In this document: in pieces, positions 1 to 7,900 of the stretch
How the letters are laid out: each line of letters begins with the position of its first letter
How positions within the stretch are numbered: position 1 is the first letter of the stretch
Source: an uncultured Acetobacteraceae bacterium
Lineage (GTDB): Bacteria; Pseudomonadota; Alphaproteobacteria; Acetobacterales; Acetobacteraceae
Reading direction: 5' to 3'
DNA length: 64,000 nt
NCBI GenBank assembly: GCA_964249735.1
Contig: CAXUDP010000002.1
Span: 1,052 to 65,051, forward strand
Translations under genes and position numbers: made by a program
Notes under the pieces: generated by a model
What the model was told of the DNA's origin: nothing
What the model saw: the letters and a program-made list of their open reading frames with translations, nothing else
The model's database searches: none

Positions 1-1552
1 GCATCAGCAGCATGGTGCCACCCAGCACGACCGGCCACACGCCGAGATGCAGGAACGGGCTCAGCACCGACGGGTCGAACGGGATGAGCCCGAACAGGTT
101 GAACAGGTTGGTCGGGTCCGGCTCGGACAGGTCGCGGATCCATCCGAAGAACGGCGCGTGCCGCATCTCGATGGTGACCACCAAGTCCTTGTACAGGCAC
201 CAGAACACCGGCACCTGCACCAGCATCGGCAGGCAGCCGGCGGCCGGGTTGGCGCCTTCCTGCTTGTAGAGCTGCATCATCTCGGTGTTCATCGCCACCG
301 CGTCGCCCTTGTGGCGCTCGCGCACCGCCTGCATCTTCGGCGCCAGCAGCTTCATCTTGGCCATGGATCGGAACTGCTTGATCGCCAGCGGAAAGAACAG
401 CGTCTTGACGATCAGGGTGAAGGCCAGCAGCGCCAGCCCGAAATTGCCGAGTGCGGTGTTGAGCCAGTCCAGCACGTAGAAGATCGGCTTGGTCAGGAAC
501 GCGAACCAGCCGAAATCCACCGCCTTCCAGAAGTCGGTGGCGTGCAGGCGCGACTGGTAGGCTTCCAGCAGGTGCACCTCCTTGGCGCCGGCAAAGACGT
601 GGCTGACGGTGTCGAGCGTGCCGCCGGCCGGCACGGCGAGCGCCGACTGGGCGATGAAGTCGACCTGGTAGACGCCAGCGCCGACATTGGCATCGTAGCG
701 GTAGCTGCCGGTCATCGGATGGCCGCGGTCGGGCAGGATCGCTGTGAGCCAGTACTTGTCGGTGATGCCGCCCCAGCCGCCCTCCGTGCCTGCCGCCTGC
801 ACCCCGGACCAGCCGGTGCCGCCGTTCTCCGCGGCGTGGCTCTTGAGGCTGGAATAGGACATCTGCTCCAGCCGGCCGTCGATCACCGCGATCGGCCCCT
901 CGTGCACCAGGTAGCCGCCGGTCACCTGCGGGGTGTAGGAGCGGCTGACGCGCGACCAGGGATACAAAGGGACCGGCTGTGCGGTGGTGTTGCGGACCCG
1001 CTGCTCGGCGGTGAACATGAAGTCGCGGTCGACCGACAGCACGATCTGGAACAGGAGCCCGGCGCCGTTGTCCCAGGACAGGGTCACCGGACGCGCGAGC
1101 GTGAGTCCGGGCCCGTCCGCGGTCCAGACGGTGCTGCCGGTCGGAACCTTGACGCCGCCTGCGACAGCGCTCCAGCCGAGCTGGACGATGTTGGGCTGCT
1201 TCTGGTCCTGCGGCTCCAGCACGCGAACCTGCGGGCTGCCTGGCTTCAGCGTTTCCCGGTAGTCGGTCAGCTGCAGGTCGTCGAGGCGGGCGCCGACCAG
1301 GTCGATGCTGCCGTGCATGCGGGGTGCGGTGATCGGCAGGCGCTGGTCCGGGGACGGAGCCGGGATTGCGGCCGGCTGGCTGCCAGGCGGCGCCAGCTCG
1401 GCCACCGGGCGTGGCGCGTCGGCCGCCGGCGTCGACTGCGTGCTGCGCGCCTCCTGCTGGTGTACCCGGTTCTGCGTCGGCATCAGCCTCTCGAAGCCGA
1501 GGATGATCGCGACCGAGATCGCGAACGCGAGGAGGAGGCGCTTGTTGTCCAT
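1..1552 (-). CDS. yidC: Membrane protein insertase YidC (3' end runs off the left edge of the window)
   Basis: Absent from the ORF track because it is open at position 1. Reverse-strand translation from ATG (complement 1550-1552) reads MDNKRLLLAFAISVAIILGFE. Near the left edge it reads LIVKTLFFPLAIKQFRSMAKMKLLAPKMQAVRERHKGD..MQLYKQEGANPAAGCLPMLVQVPVFW, the YidC/Oxa1 core. Canonical rpmH-rnpA-yidD-yidC order. Confidence 0.9.
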   Translation of the reverse strand, partial: MDNKRLLLAFAISVAIILGFERLMPTQNRVHQQEARSTQSTPAADAPRPVAELAPPGSQPAAIPAPSPDQRLPITAPRMHGSIDLVGARLDDLQLTDYRETLKPGSPQVRVLEPQDQKQPNIVQLGWSAVAGGVKVPTGSTVWTADGPGLTLARPVTLSWDNGAGLLFQIVLSVDRDFMFTAEQRVRNTTAQPVPLYPWSRVSRSYTPQVTGGYLVHEGPIAVIDGRLEQMSYSSLKSHAAENGGTGWSGVQAAGTEGGWGGITDKYWLTAILPDRGHPMTGSYRYDANVGAGVYQVDFIAQSALAVPAGGTLDTVSHVFAGAKEVHLLEAYQSRLHATDFWKAVDFGWFAFLTKPIFYVLDWLNTALGNFGLALLAFTLIVKTLFFPLAIKQFRSMAKMKLLAPKMQAVRERHKGDAVAMNTEMMQLYKQEGANPAAGCLPMLVQVPVFWCLYKDLVVTIEMRHAPFFGWIRDLSEPDPTNLFNLFGLIPFDPSVLSPFLHLGVWPVVLGGTMLLM

Positions 1553-1573
1553 CAGCGGAAGGGCCGATCTCGA

Positions 1574-1861
1574 TCAGTTTTGGAGGTGGCAGATTTGCAC
1601 GGTTGGTCGGGCCGTCGCGACGCAGGCGCAGCGTGCGGGCGGGACCGGGTCATGGCCGCCCGGATGCCAGGGGTTGCAGCGCAGGAGGCGCAAGGCGGCG
1701 AGGCCGGTGCCGCGTGTGACGCCATGCCGGTCGAGCGCCTGCAACGCGTAGTCGCTGCAGGACGGCGAGAACCGGCAGTTCGGGCCCAGCACCGGACTCA
1801 GCACGACCTGGTAGGCGCGGATCAGGAGGCGCATCCCGATCCGGGCGGCCGCCGCGATCAC
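1574..1861 (-). CDS. yidD: Membrane protein insertion efficiency factor YidD
   Basis: 95-aa ORF with the YidD signature [34 protein letters not shown]. It overlaps the rnpA stop by 4 nt and lies between rnpA and yidC. Confidence 0.85.
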   Translation of the reverse strand: MIAAAARIGMRLLIRAYQVVLSPVLGPNCRFSPSCSDYALQALDRHGVTRGTGLAALRLLRCNPWHPGGHDPVPPARCACVATARPTVQICHLQN

Positions 1862-2235
1862 GGCGTCCGGCGATCGGCAAGACGCACCCCTGTCCGCTTC
1901 AGCGCGCGTCGCAGGTCGTCGATCAGCGCCGGGAACGGACGCGACCGGGTCCCGTCGCGGCCGATCAGCACCAGGTCGACGCCGGTCAGGGCAGTGCCCT
2001 GCACCGCCTGGTCGCGCAGCAGGAGGCGGGCCGCCTCGCGCAGCCGACGCTTGGTGCGGTTACGCACCACGGCGTTTCCGACCTTCTTGGTCACGGTGAA
2101 GCCGAGCCGAGCCAGCGCGTCGTCGTTGCGCGGCAAGGCCTGCAGAACCAGCCCAGGCATCGGCGCCTTGGCACCCCTGGCGGCGACGCGAAGGAACTCG
2201 GCACGACGCTTGAGCCGGATCAGGGAAGACGCCAT
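1858..2235 (-). CDS. rnpA: Ribonuclease P protein component
   Basis: 125-aa basic protein. [14 protein letters not shown]...[24 protein letters not shown] matches the RnpA RNR motif region. Located directly downstream of rpmH. Confidence 0.9.
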   Translation of the reverse strand: MASSLIRLKRRAEFLRVAARGAKAPMPGLVLQALPRNDDALARLGFTVTKKVGNAVVRNRTKRRLREAARLLLRDQAVQGTALTGVDLVLIGRDGTRSRPFPALIDDLRRALKRTGVRLADRRTP

Positions 2236-2282
2236 GGCAGCACCGTTTCCTGCGGCCGGCCGGATGCGGCCGGGTGACGGCT

Positions 2283-2417
2283 TCAGGCGGACAGGCGCTT
2301 ACGGCCCTTGGCGCGGCGGCTCGACAGCACGTTGCGGCCGCCCACCGTCGCCATGCGGGTGCGGAAGCCATGGCGCCGCTTGCGCACCAGCTTGGACGGT
2401 TGATAGGTGCGCTTCAC
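2283..2417 (-). CDS. rpmH: 50S ribosomal protein L34
   Basis: Below the ORF-track size cut-off. Hand translation of the reverse strand gives (GTG)[43 protein letters not shown], 44 aa, the classic L34 sequence. An AGGAGG lies 7 nt upstream of the GTG. Confidence 0.93.
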   Translation of the reverse strand: MKRTYQPSKLVRKRRHGFRTRMATVGGRNVLSSRRAKGRKRLSA

Positions 2418-2634
2418 GCTGCATCCTCCTGGGCGGGCGACCCGGCGCGGGAGGCGGCGGACCGGTCGAGGGTATGGACAAGCGAAGGCGCCGCCGCATC
2501 GCGCGACGCCGCCTCCGGAGCGGCGGCTTATAGGCGCGCCGGGGCCGGACCGTCAACCGGGACCCGGATCGGGCACCGTGCCGCAGCGGTAATGGCTTGA
2601 GCCGCGAGTTGGATCAGCGGATGCTCCTCCGCGC

Positions 2635-3036
2635 ATGCTCCGCTCGCGACCGATTCTCCGCTCGATCCTGCCGGCAGGGCTGGTGCTGCTGGCATCGCTC
2701 GCGGTGCTGCCTGGCGCGGTGCCGCAGCTGGTGCGCGTGCTGGCGCCGGCCGTCGTCGCCCTGGCTGCCGGGTTGGCGCTCGGGCGCGGCGAAGCGGTGG
2801 GGCTCGGGGCCCGGCGCGACATGGAAGCGCGCGCCCTGGCAGCAGAAGCCGCCAACGCCCAGCTGGTGAAGGCGGCAGGACAGATGCGCCACGACCTGCG
2901 CGGCATCCTGTCGCCGGCGCTGCTGACCGCGGACCGGCTCAGCATGAGCCAGGATCCGGTGGCGCGCCGCGCCGGCGAGACCATGGTGGCGACCGTCGAC
3001 CGGGCGGAGGAACGGCTCCGCCGCGGCGACGAGTAG
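2635..3036 (+). CDS. Small membrane protein carrying only a HisKA-like (DHp) phosphoacceptor helix; no ATPase domain
   Basis: 133 aa with two hydrophobic spans (ILPAGLVLLASLAVLPGAV, VLAPAVVALAAGLALG). These are followed by an H-box-like AGQMRHDLRGILSPALLTADRL. The ORF ends about 45 aa later without any N/G1/G2 ATP-lid motifs. Confidence 0.5.
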   Translation: MLRSRPILRSILPAGLVLLASLAVLPGAVPQLVRVLAPAVVALAAGLALGRGEAVGLGARRDMEARALAAEAANAQLVKAAGQMRHDLRGILSPALLTADRLSMSQDPVARRAGETMVATVDRAEERLRRGDE

Positions 3037-3061
3037 CCGCAGCTCCTTCTCAGGACCAAGC

Positions 3062-3087
3062 AGAGCATGATCCAACGATCATGCTCT
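3062..3087. terminator. Perfect 11-bp hairpin between convergent genes (probable bidirectional terminator)
   Basis: AGAGCATGATC-caac-GATCATGCTCT. Its 3' arm overlaps the TAG stop (complement 3086-3088) of the gloA-type ORF, and it lies 26 nt after the stop of the + strand ORF ending at 3036. Locally AT-richer than the surroundings. Confidence 0.55.
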
Positions 3088-4324
3088 AGCGCTGGATCAG
3101 CTCGATCTTGTAGCCGTCCGGATCCTCGACAAAGGCGATCACGGTGGTGCCGTGCTTCACCGGCCCCGCCTCGCGCGTGACCTTGCCGCCGCCGGCGCGC
3201 ACCTGCTCGACCGCCTGCGCCACGTTCGGGACGCCCACCGCGAAGTGGCCGAAGCCGGTGCCGACCTCGTAGCCGTCGTCTTCCCCCCAGTTGTAGGTCA
3301 GCTCGATCTCGGCCTGGCCGTGGGCATTGTCGTCGTAGCCGACGAAGACGAGGGTGTACTTGCCGGCCGGCACCTCGGAGCGGCGCAGCTCGCGCAGGCC
3401 GAGCAACTGGTAGAAGGCCAGGCTCTGGTCGAGGCTCTTCACCCGGACCATGGTGTGCAGGTAGCTGCCCATTCGATCTTCTCCACTGAAACCATCCGTC
3501 GGGTCGATCCCGATCAGGAACAGGCCATCCCGATCGGCTGCGTCGCGCAACCGGTCCGGGTCCGTCAGAAGGGTGCCGCCGGCCTCGAATGCAATCCCCC
3601 GCAGGCCCGCCGCGCGTGCCGCGGCGACGGTGCGCGGGCCGATCGTGGGCAGGTCCGCACGACGATCCTGGCCGGGCTTGACCAGCTTCACCAGAACGCC
3701 GCCGGGGCCGGGCTGACGCAGCGGGCCGGCGCGTTCCAGCATCCGGTCGGTGCCCTCGAGCGCCTCGACCGCCAGCACCAGCCCGTTCTGCACCACGCAA
3801 CCCTGGCCGACGTCGAGCCGGCCCAGCGCCTGCACCACCCCGACCCCGCGCCTGATGTCTGCCTGCGCCTCCGGGTCGGGTGCATGGCGGCCGAGGGGGC
3901 CTGGTCCTCCGACGGAACCGGGAAGGAACTCGTGTGCGCCGCGGACCTGGAAGCCCTCCTCGCCCAGCACGCGCACCAGGGCGGCGAGCAGCCCGTCATC
4001 GCCGGCGAACAGGGCGCGACCGATCCGGGCCAGGATCCGGGTGCCTTCCGCATCCGGCCGCAGGTCGCGCAGCGAGGGTCGACGCACCGGGCCGATCAGC
4101 ACCAGCTCGGCGCAGCCATGGGCGCGCAGTGCGGACAGGATGCGGCCGGCAGCGGCCAGGCGGACGAACTCGTGCGGCCAGGGACCGACCACGTCGGGCT
4201 CTGCAAAGTCCTGGAAGGCGACGATGAACACGTTCCGGCCCGCCCGCGCGGCACTGGCTGCCACTCTGCCCGGAAGCGGTCCGCCGCCGGCCAGGATGCC
4301 GAGCGGGCCGCCGGTGGGGATCAA
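3086..4324 (-). CDS. lpxI: Single 412-aa ORF: LpxI (UDP-2,3-diacylglucosamine pyrophosphatase, DUF1009) fused in frame to glyoxalase I (lactoylglutathione lyase)
   Basis: N-terminal 284 aa: [14 protein letters not shown]...[30 protein letters not shown]...[12 protein letters not shown]...LFLIGIDP, which is LpxI. C-terminal 128 aa from ATG (complement 3470-3472): [64 protein letters not shown], which is GloA. No stop codon between them. TTG start overlaps the lpxA stop (TTGA). Confidence 0.8.
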   Translation of the reverse strand: MIPTGGPLGILAGGGPLPGRVAASAARAGRNVFIVAFQDFAEPDVVGPWPHEFVRLAAAGRILSALRAHGCAELVLIGPVRRPSLRDLRPDAEGTRILARIGRALFAGDDGLLAALVRVLGEEGFQVRGAHEFLPGSVGGPGPLGRHAPDPEAQADIRRGVGVVQALGRLDVGQGCVVQNGLVLAVEALEGTDRMLERAGPLRQPGPGGVLVKLVKPGQDRRADLPTIGPRTVAAARAAGLRGIAFEAGGTLLTDPDRLRDAADRDGLFLIGIDPTDGFSGEDRMGSYLHTMVRVKSLDQSLAFYQLLGLRELRRSEVPAGKYTLVFVGYDDNAHGQAEIELTYNWGEDDGYEVGTGFGHFAVGVPNVAQAVEQVRAGGGKVTREAGPVKHGTTVIAFVEDPDGYKIELIQR

Positions 4325-5214
4325 GCGCCGTCGCTCTCCTCGACGCCGGGCCCGCCCGTGGCGATCCGCACCAGGCCGCGCCGGCTGGGGGCGTCGATGA
4401 AGGCGAGGATCTCAGCGACCCGCGGATCGTCGCCGTGCTCGGCGCGCACCGTGGCAAGGCGCTGTGCGAACGCCGGCTGCCCGGCCGGATGGCGCGGATA
4501 CAGCGCGCGGAACGCACGACGCAGGCGGTGCATCTCGGCGCCGGCGATGCCGCTGCGGCGCAGCCACACCCAGTTCAGCCCGACCAGCCGGGCGCGGTTG
4601 CCGAGCACGCTGCCATACGGGATCACGTCGCTCTCGACCCCGCACACCCCGCCGACCATCGCCGCCCGGCCGATCCGGACGAACTGGTGCAGCGCCGCCT
4701 GGCCCATGATCCGGGCATCGTCGGCGATCTCGACATGGCCGCCCATGACCACGTTGTTGACGATGATGACTCGGTCGCCGATCCGGCAGTCGTGGGCGAC
4801 GTGGGCGTTGGCCATGATCAGGCAGTCGGCGCCGATCCGGGTGAGGCCACCGCCAGCGGCGGTGCCGCGATGCACGGTGGCGCCTTCCCGGATCACGGTG
4901 CGCGGCCCGACGACGCATCGGGTCGGCTCGCCGCGATACTTCAGGTCCTGTGGCGCCATGCCGACGGTGCAGAAAGGGAACAGCCTCCCGCCGGCGCCGA
5001 TCGTGGTCTGGCCATCGACCACCACGTGCGACAGGAGCTCGACCCCTTCGCCCAGCACCGCCTCGGCGCCGACGCTGCACCAGGGCCCGATCCGCACGCC
5101 GGCGCCCAGCACCGCGTCCGGCGAGACCACGGCACTGGGATGGATGGCGGCGGGCTCGCGGCCGGGCTGTTGCAGGCGTCCGGCCTGCTTCAGCCCGGCG
5201 AGGTCAGCGGACAT
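4321..5214 (-). CDS. lpxA: Acyl-ACP--UDP-N-acetylglucosamine O-acyltransferase
   Basis: 297 aa with left-handed beta-helix hexapeptide repeats ([37 protein letters not shown]...) and an LpxA C-terminal helical domain ([21 protein letters not shown]). Position fabZ-lpxA-lpxI. Confidence 0.9.
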   Translation of the reverse strand: MSADLAGLKQAGRLQQPGREPAAIHPSAVVSPDAVLGAGVRIGPWCSVGAEAVLGEGVELLSHVVVDGQTTIGAGGRLFPFCTVGMAPQDLKYRGEPTRCVVGPRTVIREGATVHRGTAAGGGLTRIGADCLIMANAHVAHDCRIGDRVIIVNNVVMGGHVEIADDARIMGQAALHQFVRIGRAAMVGGVCGVESDVIPYGSVLGNRARLVGLNWVWLRRSGIAGAEMHRLRRAFRALYPRHPAGQPAFAQRLATVRAEHGDDPRVAEILAFIDAPSRRGLVRIATGGPGVEESDGA

Positions 5215-5317
5215 GGATAGGACAACTCCACCTTGGCGGCGCGGGCCCGGAGGAGCCGGCCGGCGCCATACCGAGGACGCTTAAGGGCCGCCCTCGGGAC
5301 GGCCAAGACACGAGATG

Positions 5318-5860
5318 TTACCGGGCTTGTCGGGCTGCGGCCTCGTCCATGATCATCGCGCCGTAGCTGGCCTCGGCCACGGACACCCCGTCGACCCGGG
5401 CCACGCCGCGGAACTTGTAGACCGGCCCGCGCGCCCGTTCCTTGACCACGTGGATGCGCAACTGGTCGCCGGGACCGACCGGACGGCGGAACTTGGCGTT
5501 CTCGATCGTCATGAAGTAGACCAGCTTGCCTTCAATGCCGCCCAGCTCGAGCACCACCAGGGCGGCAGCCTGCGCCATCGCCTCGATGATCAGCACGCCC
5601 GGCATCACCGGACGGGCCGGAAAATGGCCCTGGAAGAACGGCTCGTTGACGGTGACGTTCTTGATCCCGATCCCGGACACGCCGGGCACCACATCCACCA
5701 TGCGGTCGATCATCAGGAACGGGTAGCGGTGCGGGAGGGCCGCCATGATCCGCTGGATGTCGATGGTGCTGCCGACGCCGGCGGGAGGCGCGCCACGGAT
5801 GCCGGCATCCTCCGCCCCGGCCGCCGATCCGGCCGGCTCGTTCTGTGTCGTCCCGTCCAT
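5318..5860 (-). CDS. fabZ: 3-hydroxyacyl-ACP dehydratase FabZ
   Basis: Only the 3' 543 nt of track ORF 5318..6454 is FabZ-like. From MDGTTQNE it reads [44 protein letters not shown]. The upstream part of that ORF is out-of-frame overlap with lpxD. Confidence 0.9.
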   Translation of the reverse strand: MDGTTQNEPAGSAAGAEDAGIRGAPPAGVGSTIDIQRIMAALPHRYPFLMIDRMVDVVPGVSGIGIKNVTVNEPFFQGHFPARPVMPGVLIIEAMAQAAALVVLELGGIEGKLVYFMTIENAKFRRPVGPGDQLRIHVVKERARGPVYKFRGVARVDGVSVAEASYGAMIMDEAAARQAR

Positions 5861-5880
5861 CCGGATCGAACCCTTCTCCC

Positions 5881-6975
5881 TCACGCTGGTTCCGAATCGT
5901 CCGCAGCCGGGCCGCCGGCGCGGACCCTGTCCGGCCGCTTCGCCAGCCGACGGAGGGCCGCGACGTTGCGGAAGAACTCGCGGAACGGCATCGCCGGGCT
6001 GCCGATCACGTCGGCGCCCGCATCCACGTCCGACATCACACCGCACTGCGCGCCGATCCGGGCCTTCCGTCCGACCCGGATGTGGCCGATCAGGCCCGCC
6101 TGCGCCGCGACGGTGACGAAATCCTCGAGCTCCGTCGACCCGGAAATTCCCGCCTGCGCCACCACGATGCAGCAACGACCGAGGCGCACGTTGTGCCCGA
6201 TCTGCACCAGGTTGTCGAGGCGCGAGCCGGCGCCGATCACCGTGTCCTGTGCCGAGCCGCGGTCGATCGTGGCGTTGGCGCCGATCTCCACGTCGTCCTC
6301 GATCAGCACCCGGCCGAGCTGCGGGACGGTGACGAAGCCGGCCGGCCCGACCGCGAAGCCGAAGCCTTCCTGACCGATCCGGGCGCCTGGAAACAGCGTC
6401 ACCCTGGCGCCCAGCACCGCGTGGCTCAGGCTGACGTGGCTGCCGATCCGGCAACCGGGACCGACCACCACGCCGGGACCGATGGCGGCATGCGCGCCGA
6501 CCTGCGTGCCGGGACCGATCGCAGCACCCCGGCCGACATGGACGAACGGGCCGATCTCGGCGGCGGGATCGATCCTGGCGCCCTCATCGACCACGGCACT
6601 CGGATGGATCCCGGGCGTCGCCTCGTCGCGCGGATGGAACAGCGCGGCGACCCGTGCCCAGCCGAGATAGGGCTCCGGCGTGACCAGGGCGGCACAGGAC
6701 GCCGGCACCGCGTCGGCGAAGGCGGGTGACACGATCACCGCGCCGGCACCGGTGCCGGCGAGAAGGGGCAGGTAGCGCCGGTTGTCGAGAAAGCTGACCT
6801 GATCCGGGCCGGCCGCCTGGAGCGGCGCCACGCCGACGAACGGTCCGTCCGACGCGCCGCGCAGCTCGGCGCCGATCTCGTCCACCAGGCGGGCGAGCGG
6901 ATACGGGCCGGTGCGGGCGAAGAAGCGCCCGTCCCCCGGCCCGGACCGGCCGGGATCGTCCTCGCCCATCCGCAC
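5881..6975 (-). CDS. lpxD: UDP-3-O-acylglucosamine N-acyltransferase
   Basis: 364 aa. N-terminal LpxD domain ([12 protein letters not shown]...[13 protein letters not shown]) followed by long hexapeptide repeats and [25 protein letters not shown]. Position skp-lpxD-fabZ. Confidence 0.9.
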   Translation of the reverse strand: MRMGEDDPGRSGPGDGRFFARTGPYPLARLVDEIGAELRGASDGPFVGVAPLQAAGPDQVSFLDNRRYLPLLAGTGAGAVIVSPAFADAVPASCAALVTPEPYLGWARVAALFHPRDEATPGIHPSAVVDEGARIDPAAEIGPFVHVGRGAAIGPGTQVGAHAAIGPGVVVGPGCRIGSHVSLSHAVLGARVTLFPGARIGQEGFGFAVGPAGFVTVPQLGRVLIEDDVEIGANATIDRGSAQDTVIGAGSRLDNLVQIGHNVRLGRCCIVVAQAGISGSTELEDFVTVAAQAGLIGHIRVGRKARIGAQCGVMSDVDAGADVIGSPAMPFREFFRNVAALRRLAKRPDRVRAGGPAADDSEPA

Positions 6976-6993
6976 GCCTGGCCTCGCCTGCCG

Positions 6994-7899
6994 CTACTTC
7001 CGCGCGGAGACCGGCGTCGGCTGCACTGCCGCCGGAGCGGCCGGCTGCGGTCCCGGGTTCGCCGTGGTCGGATAGGTGCCGCTCCTGGCCAGCACCTCCG
7101 AATCGACCCCGTCGGCCGGGATGAACACCGACGGCAGGGTGGAGTTGAGCTGGTTCACCACCTGGGGCGTGATGTCGAACTCCGGCATGTTGAGCGCCAC
7201 CTGCTCGCGGTGCAGCACGAAGTTCATGCCGTGCGAGGCGGACACCTGCTTGATCACCTGCACCAGCTCGCGCTCGATCTGGCCGATCGCGACCTGGGCC
7301 GCTTCCTGGATGACCCGGTTGCGGTTGCGGAAGTCCTTCTGCGCCGCCTGCACGCGCGCCTGCAGTGCGCGCACCCGGGCCTGCACCTGGTCCTGGCTCA
7401 GCCCCTTGGCCGCCGCCTGGATCTGCTGCTGGGTTTCGCGCCAGGCCGCCTGCTCCTTCTGCGCGTCGCTGTTGAGCTTGTCGCGTCGCGCACCCAGGAT
7501 CTTCTCGACCTGCTGGGCGGCGGAGGAGGCGTGCATCACCTCGGGCACGCTGATGATGCCGTAAACAGCTGCCGGCGGCGGGTTGCCCTTGGGCAGGTCG
7601 GAAAGCGACGGGATCGGCGGCAGCGGCAGCACCGGCTGCACCTGCGGGCCCTGCGCCTGCGGATCCCCGCCCTGCTGCTGGTCCTGCACCGGCATCGCCA
7701 CCGGCACCGCCTCGGGGACCGGGCGCGGCGGCGGGGCGGCACGGCGATGCGAGGCCGCGGGCGCGTCGGCAGGCTGGCTGCTCTTGGGCACGAACCAGCC
7801 GCCGTTCTGTTGCGCGTGCGCGGACGGGACGAGGAAAGGGGCCTGCATGAGCAGGGCGCCCGCCAGCAGGAGGGCGCCGGTGGAACGGGACATCATCAC
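6994..7899 (-). CDS. OmpH/Skp-family periplasmic chaperone with a long Pro/Gln-rich N-terminal extension
   Basis: Signal peptide MMMSRSTGALLLAGALLMQAPFLVPSAHA. The C-terminal about 170 aa is a coiled-coil typical of OmpH (QQVEKILGARRDKLNSDAQKEQAAWRETQQ...FRNRNRVIQEAAQVAIGQIERELVQVIKQVS). Sits 1 nt downstream of bamA. Confidence 0.8.
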   Translation of the reverse strand: MMMSRSTGALLLAGALLMQAPFLVPSAHAQQNGGWFVPKSSQPADAPAASHRRAAPPPRPVPEAVPVAMPVQDQQQGGDPQAQGPQVQPVLPLPPIPSLSDLPKGNPPPAAVYGIISVPEVMHASSAAQQVEKILGARRDKLNSDAQKEQAAWRETQQQIQAAAKGLSQDQVQARVRALQARVQAAQKDFRNRNRVIQEAAQVAIGQIERELVQVIKQVSASHGMNFVLHREQVALNMPEFDITPQVVNQLNSTLPSVFIPADGVDSEVLARSGTYPTTANPGPQPAAPAAVQPTPVSARK

Positions 7900-7900
7900 C

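Noticed and set aside
47-2533. 828-aa + strand ORF spanning the yidC-yidD-rnpA-rpmH region
   Set aside because: It is antisense to four well-supported genes. The translation is Arg/Ala/Gly/His-rich low complexity with no motifs. This is the typical spurious long open frame of a 70% GC genome.
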